Shown here piece after piece: positions 46,767 through 56,139 of a DNA stretch of 64,000 nucleotides (within the stretch, counting starts at the first letter, position 1; each line of letters starts with the position of its first letter). The stretch is from an uncultured Pseudobdellovibrionaceae bacterium (GTDB taxonomy: Bacteria; Bdellovibrionota; Bdellovibrionia; Bdellovibrionales; JAGQZY01), in the NCBI GenBank assembly GCA_964579625.1, contig CAZOGU010000008.1, positions 848 through 64,847 of the forward strand, in the 5' to 3' direction. Made by a program: the position numbers and the translations under genes. Under the pieces are notes generated by a model. That model did no database searches. It saw only the letters and a list, made by a program, of their open reading frames with translations, and was not told the origin of the DNA.

Positions 46767-48075
46767 GAACGCGCTCCCCTTCGAGCATCGAGGGCCGTGC
46801 CTTTGTCACTTTTAAAAAGCCCAGCTCTCCCACTTTCAGATCGGGAGCTAAAAACTTGGCCGGGCGATTGTTGGAAGTGCGACCAAAGACGATCCCATCT
46901 TTGGTTTCTTCGACAAGCACTTCGTAGGTTTTTCCCAAGCTCTCCTGCGCAAGCTCTGCGGAGATCGGTCTTTGCAGAGCAAACAACCGCTCGAGGCGCT
47001 CGGATTTTTCTTCTTCAGAAAGTTGCTCTTCCCAGCGCGCCGCTTTTGTAAACGGACGCGGGCTGTATTTAAAAGCGTAAATATTATCGTAGCGAACATC
47101 TTTTATCAGCGACAATGTCTCCTGAAATTGCTCTTCGGTTTCACCTGGGAATCCCACAATGATGTCTGTAGAGAGTGTGACATCGGGAATGGCTTTTCGA
47201 ATCATTTCGACTTTTTGTAAATAATCTTCGCGCGTGTAGCCGCGATTCATTCGCTGGAGAACTTGCGAGTTTCCGGACTGCACGGGAAGATGAATGTAAT
47301 CACAAATCTTTTGACGATAGGCCTGGCTTAAATCGACGAGCTCTTGATTAAAATCTTTTGGGTGTGAGGTTGTGTAGCGAATGCGCAAAACATCTGTTTC
47401 TTGCGCGATGGTTTTCATCAATTCACCAAAGTGGGCTCCGCACTCGGACTTGTAGGAGTTGACGTTTTGCCCAAGCAAAGTGACCTCGCGAACCCCTCGC
47501 AGAGTGAGAGCTTGAATGTCTTTAATCAACTCTTTCATCGGACGACTGCGCTCGCGGCCGCGCGTGTACGGCACCACACAGAAGGTGCAAAAATTATCGC
47601 AACCTTTGGTGATGTTCACAAAGGTGGATATTCCTGGATTGCGAATCAGAGTTTCGATTTGATAAGGTTTGGTGTATTCGAAGCGGGCATTGACCAATTT
47701 TTCTTTGGTTCCGCGAGCTTTTTCGGCAAGCTCTGGAAGCTGGTCGATGTTGTCTGTTCCAAAAACAAAATCAATCAGAGGATTGTCATCAATCAGATTT
47801 TTCTTTTCCTGCTGGGCCACACAACCGCCCACTCCAATGCGTAAGAAAGGGTTGTCCTTTTTAAGCTGACGGTAGCGTCCCACTTCGGAGGAAACTTTAT
47901 GAACTGGCTTTTCGCGCACACTGCATGAGTTGATTAAAATCAAATCCGCCATTTCGGGCGAACTCACCGGCGTGTAGTTAGACATTTCTAACAAAGAGTA
48001 CATGCGCTCACTGTCGTTGACGTTCATCTGACAGCCGTAGGTCGAAATATAAACGCCCTTGTTATTCTCGCTCAT
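46759..48075 (-). CDS. miaB: tRNA-2-methylthio-N6-dimethylallyladenosine synthase
   Basis: N-terminal YGCQMN cluster, radical-SAM CDNFCTFCVVP, C-terminal TRAM domain. Confidence 0.95.
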   Translation of the reverse strand: MSENNKGVYISTYGCQMNVNDSERMYSLLEMSNYTPVSSPEMADLILINSCSVREKPVHKVSSEVGRYRQLKKDNPFLRIGVGGCVAQQEKKNLIDDNPLIDFVFGTDNIDQLPELAEKARGTKEKLVNARFEYTKPYQIETLIRNPGISTFVNITKGCDNFCTFCVVPYTRGRERSRPMKELIKDIQALTLRGVREVTLLGQNVNSYKSECGAHFGELMKTIAQETDVLRIRYTTSHPKDFNQELVDLSQAYRQKICDYIHLPVQSGNSQVLQRMNRGYTREDYLQKVEMIRKAIPDVTLSTDIIVGFPGETEEQFQETLSLIKDVRYDNIYAFKYSPRPFTKAARWEEQLSEEEKSERLERLFALQRPISAELAQESLGKTYEVLVEETKDGIVFGRTSNNRPAKFLAPDLKVGELGFLKVTKARPSMLEGERVHG

Positions 48076-48228
48076 AAACTCGCTTTCAATAGCTTAATCT
48101 GTTAAAAATTCAGCACCTTACGAAACATAATTAATGCGTGACAAAATGTGCCAAATAATTTATCAGTTATAGCAATTCGAAAATCGAAGTCAATCTGCTC
48201 TGTAAGGAGCCCTCTGATTTGGAGATTT

Positions 48229-48747
48229 ATGGAGCCCCGCTTAAAAACCTCGACGCAATGGACCTCTTTTCCCGAAGAACTCATCCAACAGATCATCGAA
48301 GCCGCCGAAGACCACTTTTCGGACTACGAAAAAGGCGATCGCTCGTTTATTGCCGAAGGCCGCATTTACCCTAGTGAAATCGTTTTAAGAATGGGCCTTA
48401 CTGCCCCTAAAGGCCAACTCCGTCAGGATAACTTTGAAGCCTCCATGGAATACGACGTATTAAAGGTGAAAGCCTTGGACGAAATTCACTTTTTGGTCGA
48501 TTTTTTAGCAGAAACTTGGGCCACCTTTTTTGAGGATGCCCCCGAGGATCAAGATCTCTCCCGCCTTTGGCTTGAACATACGTTTGAAAAGAAACCTATT
48601 TATCTTAGATACAATACAGAGAACACCGACCTTGAAAAGTTAGCCAATGAGCTCTTAAAAACAGATGAGAAGCAATTGGTCTACGGAGAGCCTTCCTACG
48701 AAGCAGAAACAACGGCCCCTGAGGCAAAAATGGACGACCTCCACTAG
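48229..48747 (+). CDS. hypothetical acidic protein
   Basis: Start set at the ATG preceded by GGAGA (listed ORF starts at 48148). The stop codon TAG lies inside the left arm of the 48744-48910 palindrome. Confidence 0.45.
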   Translation: MEPRLKTSTQWTSFPEELIQQIIEAAEDHFSDYEKGDRSFIAEGRIYPSEIVLRMGLTAPKGQLRQDNFEASMEYDVLKVKALDEIHFLVDFLAETWATFFEDAPEDQDLSRLWLEHTFEKKPIYLRYNTENTDLEKLANELLKTDEKQLVYGEPSYEAETTAPEAKMDDLH

Positions 48748-48910
48748 AGCCCATCTCATAAATAGTCGCGATTTAAAGCAAAGCCTTTTTTGATAACTCT
48801 TTGTCGTTCGTCGTCTCGTTAGCGCCTCTGGCTAGCGCTTCCTCCTCACTTCGCGATTTATCAAAAAAATCATTGCTTTAAATCGCGACTATTTATGAGA
48901 TGGGCTCTAG
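48744..48910. repeat. 167-bp palindromic element E1 (38-bp perfect arms, extended imperfectly)
   Basis: 48744-48781 is the exact reverse complement of 48873-48910. The inner extension pairs ttttttgataa (48786-48796) with its complement (48857-48867). The core is GC-richer. Confidence 0.9.
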
Positions 48911-48997
48911 CTATAACCCGCAGGTTTTTACTGAATTGACGCTTCCTTACCGCAAACAGACTCGCCTCCTCCCTCTGTCTACGGTATCCTTCTCTTT

Positions 48998-49510
48998 ATG
49001 CGAATTCTCTTTTTGAATCTGTTTTTTGTGTCTTTGTCTCTTTTTGCCTGGGAGCGTCCGATGAAACCAAAACCCTCTCGCGAAGAACTTAAAAAAATTC
49101 TCACACCGATCCAGTTTGACGTCACTCAAAACGAAGGCACCGAACGAGCCTTTAAAAACGAATATTGGGACAATAAACAAGACGGAATTTATGTCGATAT
49201 CGTTACTGGAGAACCTCTTTTTAGTTCCTTGGACAAATTTGATTCGGGAACTGGGTGGCCCAGTTTTACAAAACCACTGGTCAAAGAAAACATTGTGACC
49301 AAGGAAGACCGCAGTCTTTTTTCCACTCGGACTGAGGTTCGCAGCAAATTTGCCGACTCACATCTTGGACATGTTTTTGACGACGGCCCTAAACCAACGG
49401 GCCTGCGCTACTGTATGAACTCCGCCGCGATGAAGTTCATTCCCAAAGAAAAAATGAAGGAATTGGGCTATGAAGAGTTTATAAAAATCTTTGAGACTCA
49501 AAAGAAGTGA
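48998..49510 (+). CDS. msrB: peptide-methionine (R)-S-oxide reductase, exported
   Basis: SelR domain GTGWPSF, RYCMNS catalytic Cys, preceded by a signal peptide [17 protein letters not shown]. Confidence 0.9.
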   Translation: MRILFLNLFFVSLSLFAWERPMKPKPSREELKKILTPIQFDVTQNEGTERAFKNEYWDNKQDGIYVDIVTGEPLFSSLDKFDSGTGWPSFTKPLVKENIVTKEDRSLFSTRTEVRSKFADSHLGHVFDDGPKPTGLRYCMNSAAMKFIPKEKMKELGYEEFIKIFETQKK

Positions 49511-50103
49511 TCCAAGGAAATATCATGCGACTCTTATTCTTTGTCTTTTTATTTTTAAGTGGATTCTCGGTTCAAGCTCAATCTACAAAAACGGTTGTGC
49601 TTGCTGGGGGTTGTTTTTGGTGTATGCAACCTCCTTATGATAAATTGAAATCACAAGGAGTCGTTTCGACACGAGTTGGATATTCTGGTGGCTTAAAAGC
49701 CAATCCTACCTACGAAGAAGTCTCTTCGGGCACCTCTGGACATATTGAAGCCATTGAGGTGGCTTATGATCCGGCGAAAATCACTTTGGCTCAGCTGCTT
49801 GAAGTCTTTTGGAAAAATATTGACCCGCTTGATAGCAAAGGACAATTTTGTGACAAGGGAGAGCAGTACCTGAGCGCTTTCTTTTATCAGAACGACGACG
49901 AAAAAATAGCTTTTGAAAAGAGCCGTACTGAGATTCAAAAGAAATTAAAAAAAGATGTGGTTACAAAATTATTAGCCTTTAAGAATTTTTACCCAGCTGA
50001 AGACTATCATCAGTCTTATTATACAAAAAATCCTGTACGCTATAAGTTTTACCGCTACAACTGCAGAAGAGACAAACGACTCAATGAGATTTGGAAACCA
50101 TAG
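49507..50103 (+). CDS. msrA: peptide-methionine (S)-S-oxide reductase, exported
   Basis: GGCFWC active site preceded by a signal peptide (..FLSGFSVQA). YHQSYY motif. Overlaps the msrB stop by 4 nt. Confidence 0.9.
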   Translation: MIQGNIMRLLFFVFLFLSGFSVQAQSTKTVVLAGGCFWCMQPPYDKLKSQGVVSTRVGYSGGLKANPTYEEVSSGTSGHIEAIEVAYDPAKITLAQLLEVFWKNIDPLDSKGQFCDKGEQYLSAFFYQNDDEKIAFEKSRTEIQKKLKKDVVTKLLAFKNFYPAEDYHQSYYTKNPVRYKFYRYNCRRDKRLNEIWKP

Positions 50104-50133
50104 ATCCTTCCTCCTGACCGAAGGGAAGGATCT
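50102..50133. terminator. perfect 10-bp hairpin between convergent msrA and VWA genes, member of the repeat family (C4)
   Basis: agatccttcc (50102-50111) / ggaaggatct (50124-50133). 50112-50135 is identical to the reverse complement of 23881-23904. Confidence 0.65.
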
Positions 50134-50139
50134 TGGCGG

Positions 50140-51165
50140 CTACTTGACTTTCTTAGGTGTTTCTACTGGGGCGACTTCGAAATCCACTTGCGGGAATGTA
50201 TTCGGTGGATAGAGATCCCATTCGATATTTGGCCCGAAGACAATGGCAATTTTTTCGGGATGATACGCCCAACCCTTCAATTTGTCTTGCGGCAATTCCA
50301 CGCCATCCATAGTGACTTTGATGGTTTTGGGAACAGGCTTTTTGCTGAGATACATAATTTGAGATTTCGCGGCAATGCTTTCTCCGGCCTCAGCGAGATT
50401 TTCACCAAAATCATCGCAGAGGGAAAATGTTTTTGCATTTGTCAGTTTAAAAAAATCATTTAAACCATCATAATCTTCAAGCTCCGAAGTTTCACCTGAG
50501 CAAACTCCAATCTCACTTTCAGGAATATGAGCGGCCGCAACATAAATCTTTTCGGCGCTCCCTTTGATCGTGAGCAAAAAGTCGTACAAGCTTTGTGCAT
50601 CTTGCTGGATAGATTGATCTTCCGTGTCCGTGATAAAAATCAGCGCTAAATTTGCCTCGGGCCGATAAAAACCAGCGTTGTGACCTGTGAGTAAAGGATC
50701 ACTGAGTGCTAAATAGATAGGATCGAAAAATTTTTCGGTGTAGTCGCCGCTCGTGCCAACCAACATATTCCTGGCTAGCGCATTGATCCCATTGGGTGTA
50801 TTTCGATCTACATAAAGTGGTGCTCCTACAAGTTTGCCACAGCATTTTGGAGTGGGATAGTAACCTCCGGTAGTACTCGTGACGACGCCCACATGATAGT
50901 CGAGATACGTCGTTCGAACAATGGCATCAGCAAATTTAGAAATATTGTTTGCCAAGTTTTGTTGATGTTCACTCATACTGCCAGAATCATCAATCACAAA
51001 CAAAATATCTAGCTTCGGCTGAAAAGTGTCCTTACCGACTGGCGCCACCTCGGTTTTTGAATCTGTCTCAAGCTCTACTTTGGGAATGAGCTTGGGATTC
51101 TTTTCGGTGCAACTTGCAAAGAAACAAAATCCACTGAGAAAAATAATTTTAAAAATTGTATTCAT
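50140..51165 (-). CDS. VWA-domain (MIDAS) lipoprotein, CglB-like adhesin candidate, cluster 2
   Basis: Lipobox FASC, DILFVIDDSGSM (DxSxS), LIFITDTED strand. Paralog of 12033..13463. Confidence 0.7.
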   Translation of the reverse strand: MNTIFKIIFLSGFCFFASCTEKNPKLIPKVELETDSKTEVAPVGKDTFQPKLDILFVIDDSGSMSEHQQNLANNISKFADAIVRTTYLDYHVGVVTSTTGGYYPTPKCCGKLVGAPLYVDRNTPNGINALARNMLVGTSGDYTEKFFDPIYLALSDPLLTGHNAGFYRPEANLALIFITDTEDQSIQQDAQSLYDFLLTIKGSAEKIYVAAAHIPESEIGVCSGETSELEDYDGLNDFFKLTNAKTFSLCDDFGENLAEAGESIAAKSQIMYLSKKPVPKTIKVTMDGVELPQDKLKGWAYHPEKIAIVFGPNIEWDLYPPNTFPQVDFEVAPVETPKKVK

Positions 51166-51187
51166 TGGGACCCCTTTAAAAGGCTCA

Positions 51188-52798
51188 TTATTTCTGAATC
51201 GCCTGACAACCTTTAACTACATCCACTTTGTACTTGCCAATTTCATCAAACCAAACTTGACCGTCTTCTACTGGAAAAGAAATTTGATCTTTGGCTGTTG
51301 CCACAGTGGTGCCCTTTTTTTCGAGAACCTGACTGTCTTTTGTTGCCTTGGCAATTTTTTGAGCTGACAACGCCTGCTGCATGACTTCGGCTTCAACAAT
51401 GTGCATTTTTTGAAGCAGTCGATGGATATCAGCGACTTCCTCTGTGGCCAGCGCTTTCATTCGCGCGAGAGAGGCATTGCGGGCCTCGTTCACCTGAGCA
51501 TCAATCGATTTTTTAAAAATATCCAAATCACCCTGCAATCCAACTTTTGATGTGGAATTTGCCAAACTGCGCCCGTAGATACCCATCGCGATGTCGGCTT
51601 CTTTTTCTAACTCGCGCTCAAGCACGATGTGATTGTATAAGGCTTCGTCGCGCGTGACCAAGCGAGGAAGTCGCGCCGCCATGGCACCTAGCTCTGTCGT
51701 CTTAAGACGTTGCTTCTTCATCTTTGCAATAAATTCTTTTGCCACAGGAGTCGCCGGATTTTGTGACAAGGCTAACATCTCTGCTGTTTTGGGCTTAAAA
51801 CGCTCGCGAAAGGTCGATAGCGTTTTTAAAACTCCAGGATAATCACAAACTTTAAGCTGTCCCAAAGATCGTAAAAAAACTGTTTCTGCACCAACAATAT
51901 CACGCAATTCCGGGATCAGAAGGCTCTGAGTTGCAGCCATAGTGTTTTGTGGCTCACCTTTACGCAAGTAAGACCAACCCATCTCCTCTTGCGCCTCCAA
52001 CCAAAACTCGGACTTGGTTGGAATTTTTTTGTAGTACTTCACAGCGGCGTCCATATAGCCATTTTCGAAAAGCATTCGCGCGGCTGTCATGTTCATTAGA
52101 TCCATTCCAACGGGGTTGGATGGTGTCGACATTAAACTGTTTAAAAGTTTTGCCGCTGTGGTGGAATCGCCACTTAAAGCCATTGCGATCACGAGTTGCC
52201 ACTGAATCGCGGCACGATCGGTTGTTCCAGGTGCAGAAATTTTAATTATGTTTTTTAACTCTTCGATGTCTTTTGCCGTAAAAACTTTTTTAGACTTCAC
52301 TTGTACTTCGACTGACGGGCTAAAGACTTTCGTCCATTCTGGCTTCCACGAAATTCGTGCGATTTTCCAGACCGGGTGATTGTCGGCAAGCATTTCACGC
52401 AGAGGCTGCATTAAAACAGGAGATAGTTTCGCCGGATTGACCTGGGCAAAAAGTGTTTCCACTCCGTAGACAGTCATATTATTTTTTAGAAACAAATACA
52501 CCAAAAGACCTTGCCCATTGGCTGTCTTTGCCGTTTCACTTTTTCCAAACGCCTCAAAGTATTGCAAAAGTGCTTTTTCAAACTCACCACTTTGCATCAG
52601 TGCAAATAGAATATTTTGTTCCGCTGTCGTTCTCGGAAAAAGAGCCTTAAAGGGAGATGTCTCCTCGCCGCTGTCTTGCTTTTTTTGTTTTTCCGTTTTG
52701 GTTTGATCCGAAGCTCCACCTAAAATAGAGAGGACGTCATCTTCTGCAAAAGCAATGTCGGAAAAAATGAAAACACTTAAAAAAATCAATTTCTTCAT
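51188..52798 (-). CDS. secreted TPR/helical protein (GltC/GltE-like), cluster 2
   Basis: Signal peptide. The C-terminal half is collinear with 11206..12033 (LGQLKVCDYPGVLKTL, VWFDEIGKY..C). Carries an extra ~260-aa N-terminal region. Confidence 0.6.
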   Translation of the reverse strand: MKKLIFLSVFIFSDIAFAEDDVLSILGGASDQTKTEKQKKQDSGEETSPFKALFPRTTAEQNILFALMQSGEFEKALLQYFEAFGKSETAKTANGQGLLVYLFLKNNMTVYGVETLFAQVNPAKLSPVLMQPLREMLADNHPVWKIARISWKPEWTKVFSPSVEVQVKSKKVFTAKDIEELKNIIKISAPGTTDRAAIQWQLVIAMALSGDSTTAAKLLNSLMSTPSNPVGMDLMNMTAARMLFENGYMDAAVKYYKKIPTKSEFWLEAQEEMGWSYLRKGEPQNTMAATQSLLIPELRDIVGAETVFLRSLGQLKVCDYPGVLKTLSTFRERFKPKTAEMLALSQNPATPVAKEFIAKMKKQRLKTTELGAMAARLPRLVTRDEALYNHIVLERELEKEADIAMGIYGRSLANSTSKVGLQGDLDIFKKSIDAQVNEARNASLARMKALATEEVADIHRLLQKMHIVEAEVMQQALSAQKIAKATKDSQVLEKKGTTVATAKDQISFPVEDGQVWFDEIGKYKVDVVKGCQAIQK

Positions 52799-53481
52799 AG
52801 AATGTATCCTATTTGAAGACTCGCCACTGTATTATCGAGATCGACAGTTTCATCGTAGCGTTTGGCTTCGTAAGTTTGGTAACGGACCTCGAAACGAGTT
52901 GAAAAATGCTGACTCCACCACAGACCCACACCGCCACCTGCTGACCAGGTTGGTACTCCGCCGCTGCGTAAATTCATCGTGCCATACCCACCTGATAAAT
53001 AAAGATCAAAATGAGTGATCCCCATGTTGAGCGTGTTCATTTTTCCGTAAATGGGATAAATGTTGATGAATCCCATCGAAGAATTACGAGGGTAATCAAT
53101 GTCTGGAATGATCCCCTGATTGTTGGCGTCGTAATCATTGATAAGATACTCCCCTTCTTTATTGAGAGAATTGGAATACTTGCTGTATCGACCGCCAATG
53201 CTAATCCAAGGAACGATATGATAATTGAGGGTTAAACCGTACGAAGACGTATCGATGTAAGCATCCCCACCGGTCACCATGGCGAATTCCGGCGCAATCT
53301 CAAGACGATTTCTTCTTTTTACAATTCGATCTTGAACGACAGAGACATTGAGATCTGGATGAAGTGCTTTTGCTGTATCAAAAAGATCTTTATTTTCTCC
53401 AAGACCATCAAAGTCTTTTAAAACGTCAGCTCCAGCGAGATTTGTTAACAGCAATAGAGAAATCAATATTGTTTTTTTCAT
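52795..53481 (-). CDS. small outer-membrane beta-barrel protein (GltA/GltB/GltH-like), cluster 2
   Basis: Start trimmed to MKKTILISLLLLTNLAGA. IYPIYGK and RFEVRYQTY motifs are shared with 10448..11209. Confidence 0.7.
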   Translation of the reverse strand: MKKTILISLLLLTNLAGADVLKDFDGLGENKDLFDTAKALHPDLNVSVVQDRIVKRRNRLEIAPEFAMVTGGDAYIDTSSYGLTLNYHIVPWISIGGRYSKYSNSLNKEGEYLINDYDANNQGIIPDIDYPRNSSMGFINIYPIYGKMNTLNMGITHFDLYLSGGYGTMNLRSGGVPTWSAGGGVGLWWSQHFSTRFEVRYQTYEAKRYDETVDLDNTVASLQIGYIL

Positions 53482-53488
53482 AAAAACC

Positions 53489-54706
53489 TCACTGTACCAA
53501 GTTAATTGTTTTAGTAAACGATGCTGGTTTTGTTTCCGAATCCACCGGCGACTTGTTTGTGGATTCGACAGAGAACCTCTCTGCGCGTGGAAGTTCGCCA
53601 GCAGGTACATTCCAAACGATTGTACACAAAGAGGACGTTGCTGATTTACCAGAGGTCCCTGCGATACTTTGACAAGAGCACTGTGGCGCTCCAACTAAAG
53701 ATGCACACGGAGTGGTAAAATCACTCTTTACAATTCCTTCGCCCTTGGGATCGAGAACGGTAAAACTAAAACGATTTTCGAGACCAATTTTAAATTCGAT
53801 GGTTTCTGACCACGATGTCACAGGTGCAGAGACTGATGTTCTCACTGCGAGCTGTTGTCCTTTTGGATTCGATTCTATCCCGTTTGCAGAAATGGCATAA
53901 ATGTCAAAATAGCCAGTTGTTTGATCCGCAGTGAGTTCGAGTCCGTTTAAGTTGATTTCGACGCGAAAGTCCCACAACCCCTGGCTCTCATCCTTAAGGG
54001 TTGGTTTTTGTGCCTTCACAAATGGAGCCAAATTTAAGTTCCCCATATTTTTAGACAAAAACTGCAAAGTGGGACGAAGCCCATCGGCGTCTTTGGCATC
54101 GATGTCTTTCACGCGTACATCAAAAAAACTGGACACATCTTTTTCTTTAATCCATGCCGGAACTTTTGAAACCGAAACGATTTCTGGAATAGAAAACTTT
54201 TCGTTATAAATGTGCAAAGGGATGCTTTTTGTATAAACGTACTTCTCTGTGTTGTTTGTTGTGTACACTTCGATATCGAGCGGATAAACCATCTTATCTT
54301 GGATGACAAAACCCACTGGCGGAGTCCATTTAAATTTGAGGGTCGCCACTTGTTGACTCTTTGTATCCCCAGACACATTTGTAACAACAGCATCTTTAAA
54401 ATCACCGACGTTAGCGATCGCGATTTCGTAAGTGGACTCTTCCTCTAAGAAGTTTCGCGAGCTGATTGTAATTTCCTGCTCCACACCCTCGCGAAATGCA
54501 TAAAAATCCGAGCTATCGATGGTTAAAACATCTTGCCCCAGTGGCTTGGGTTTTTGGGGTTGAGGTTTTTTGGGTGATTCACCTTTTTTAACAGCATCGG
54601 ATTGGTCTGCCAACGGATCATCTTTTCCAAAAGGATTGGAATTACAACCATTGACCATCGCAATCACTGCGAAAAGAATTAAATATTTAGAAACACCTTG
54701 AATCAT
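53489..54706 (-). CDS. lipoprotein with two Ig-like segments (GltK-like position), cluster 2
   Basis: Lipobox VNGC. LKFKWTPPVGF and CTIVWNVPAGE repeat the F/V-W-x-P motif seen once in 9615..10451. Confidence 0.55.
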   Translation of the reverse strand: MIQGVSKYLILFAVIAMVNGCNSNPFGKDDPLADQSDAVKKGESPKKPQPQKPKPLGQDVLTIDSSDFYAFREGVEQEITISSRNFLEEESTYEIAIANVGDFKDAVVTNVSGDTKSQQVATLKFKWTPPVGFVIQDKMVYPLDIEVYTTNNTEKYVYTKSIPLHIYNEKFSIPEIVSVSKVPAWIKEKDVSSFFDVRVKDIDAKDADGLRPTLQFLSKNMGNLNLAPFVKAQKPTLKDESQGLWDFRVEINLNGLELTADQTTGYFDIYAISANGIESNPKGQQLAVRTSVSAPVTSWSETIEFKIGLENRFSFTVLDPKGEGIVKSDFTTPCASLVGAPQCSCQSIAGTSGKSATSSLCTIVWNVPAGELPRAERFSVESTNKSPVDSETKPASFTKTINLVQ

Positions 54707-54707
54707 T

Positions 54708-55823
54708 TTAGACTCCTGTTCGTTTAAATGAGAACGGATACGATACCTTCACTTCCACTCCACCATCTGGGAGAGGAAACTTCCAACTGCGTAAACGTAA
54801 TAAAATACAATCTTCGATTTGTTTGGAATTGAGTGTGGTGTTTTCCACATCGGCGATTTTCACTTGGCCGTTGGCTCCAATCACAAACTTCACACCCACT
54901 CGCCCGGCCAAGGCGGGATCCATCTGTAAACCTTGCTCGTAACAAAAACGAATTTGTCCCATGTTTCGGCGAATCACTTCGGACACCATATCCAAATCCA
55001 AACCGCCATCAATGAGCGCTTCTTTCCCAAGAGGAATCGGCATATTTCCGGCCGAACCGATCATGCTCAGCTTACCGTAACCCGCTTGGCCGCCGCCTTT
55101 GCCTTTGGTTCCGTAACCACCGCCACCGGCCATGTTTGCGCCAGCTCCGAGAGGCGCTGCCACAAGCCCTTTGCCGTAGATCGATGTTTGAACTCCACCG
55201 CTTCCAGCCGTGCCACCCAAACCAGGTCCAGCAGTTGTGTTCACCGCATTGAGATTTAAGCCGCCTTTTTGTGGACTTTTATTCAAGCTTCCAAGAACCG
55301 CGAGCGCCCCAAGCCTTTTTATTCCATTAAATTTTTTGGGTGTATCGGCCTTAACTGTGGCTTGATCTTTTTTAACCACCTGCTGTTTGTTCATTTCTTT
55401 GGGCGGAATTCTTTTTACAATCTGCACGACCTGCTGCTTGAGCTCTGCCTTTAAATCATCCGATGGCGGAGAGAGTTTTAATACAGCTAAAAATCCTCCG
55501 TTTAAAAGAAATACGACGAGTGCAATAAGATAAATCAGACGTTGATTGTCTTTTTCGACAAGTGGAGTTTGTACCACCTGTTCCACATGATCAACCAGCG
55601 ATATCACATTGCCATTATCGAGTTGCAGAGGCTTTGATTGCACAGTCGCAGGGTCGACCACCGCCAACTTACGGTAGTGAATTTTATGATGATCGAGTAA
55701 TTTGAGATCGGAATGAAGCTCCACGCGGCGATTGTCTTCGCGACAAATCACATGAGCTAATTGGCCATCCCAATGAAAAACTCTGGACACTTTGTCGTGA
55801 TTTTTAAGAACGAGTTTTTTCAC
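54708..55823 (-). CDS. bitopic Gly-rich protein with AgmX/PglI (TonB-C-like) C-terminal domain (GltG-like), cluster 2
   Basis: N-domain collinear with 8328..9605, one TM, G-rich linker. C-terminal VSEVIRRNMGQIRFCYE..GQV..CILLRLRSWKFPLPDGGVEVKVSYPFSF. Confidence 0.8.
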   Translation of the reverse strand: MKKLVLKNHDKVSRVFHWDGQLAHVICREDNRRVELHSDLKLLDHHKIHYRKLAVVDPATVQSKPLQLDNGNVISLVDHVEQVVQTPLVEKDNQRLIYLIALVVFLLNGGFLAVLKLSPPSDDLKAELKQQVVQIVKRIPPKEMNKQQVVKKDQATVKADTPKKFNGIKRLGALAVLGSLNKSPQKGGLNLNAVNTTAGPGLGGTAGSGGVQTSIYGKGLVAAPLGAGANMAGGGGYGTKGKGGGQAGYGKLSMIGSAGNMPIPLGKEALIDGGLDLDMVSEVIRRNMGQIRFCYEQGLQMDPALAGRVGVKFVIGANGQVKIADVENTTLNSKQIEDCILLRLRSWKFPLPDGGVEVKVSYPFSFKRTGV

Positions 55824-55841
55824 AATATCTCCCCTTATGCC

Positions 55842-56129
55842 TTAGTAGCGTGCCGCCGATTGCTGAATTCGATCTTTAAAATCTTTACGAACCTGTAATA
55901 AACCATCGAGGACTTTATCTTGTTCGACGGTTGTGACAGCCTCGTCTGTAAAATGATATTTTCCTTGGACCAGAAGTTCGTCAAAACTCATGTCTGTAGA
56001 TTTTCTGTCGTCCGATTTTTTTGCATCTGAATTTTTTGTAGCAGCCGCTTCATTCTTTTTTTGAGACGTGTCTGAAGACGCGTCTGGCGCCGAAAATCCC
56101 ATAAAACTCAACAATAACATCCACATCAT
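55842..56129 (-). CDS. small secreted protein (GltF-like position), cluster 2
   Basis: QGKYHFTDEAVTTVEQDKVLDGLLQVRKDFKDR parallels RGKYQTAGQGIAMVEDEKVLDDLLGLRRSFKDR in 7996..8301. Confidence 0.6.
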   Translation of the reverse strand: MMWMLLLSFMGFSAPDASSDTSQKKNEAAATKNSDAKKSDDRKSTDMSFDELLVQGKYHFTDEAVTTVEQDKVLDGLLQVRKDFKDRIQQSAARY

Positions 56130-56139
56130 ACTGTTCCCC

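Noticed and set aside
39641-47844. Many long ORFs antisense to dnaE, guaA, guaB and miaB, for example 40997..41416, 42892..43326, 43323..44108 (261 aa), 45040..45468 and 47401..47844.
   Set aside because: They lie wholly inside strongly recognisable housekeeping genes on the other strand. They have no motifs or ribosome-binding sites and are typical shadow ORFs.
52795-53694. N-terminal extensions in the ORF track: 53482-53694 here, and likewise 60754-60822, 21614-21682, 63144-63188, 27658-27711, 42602-42616, 48148-48228 and 13519-13542.
   Set aside because: Internal ATGs give canonical signal peptides or conserved N-termini, mostly with Shine-Dalgarno sequences. They also remove overlaps with upstream genes.
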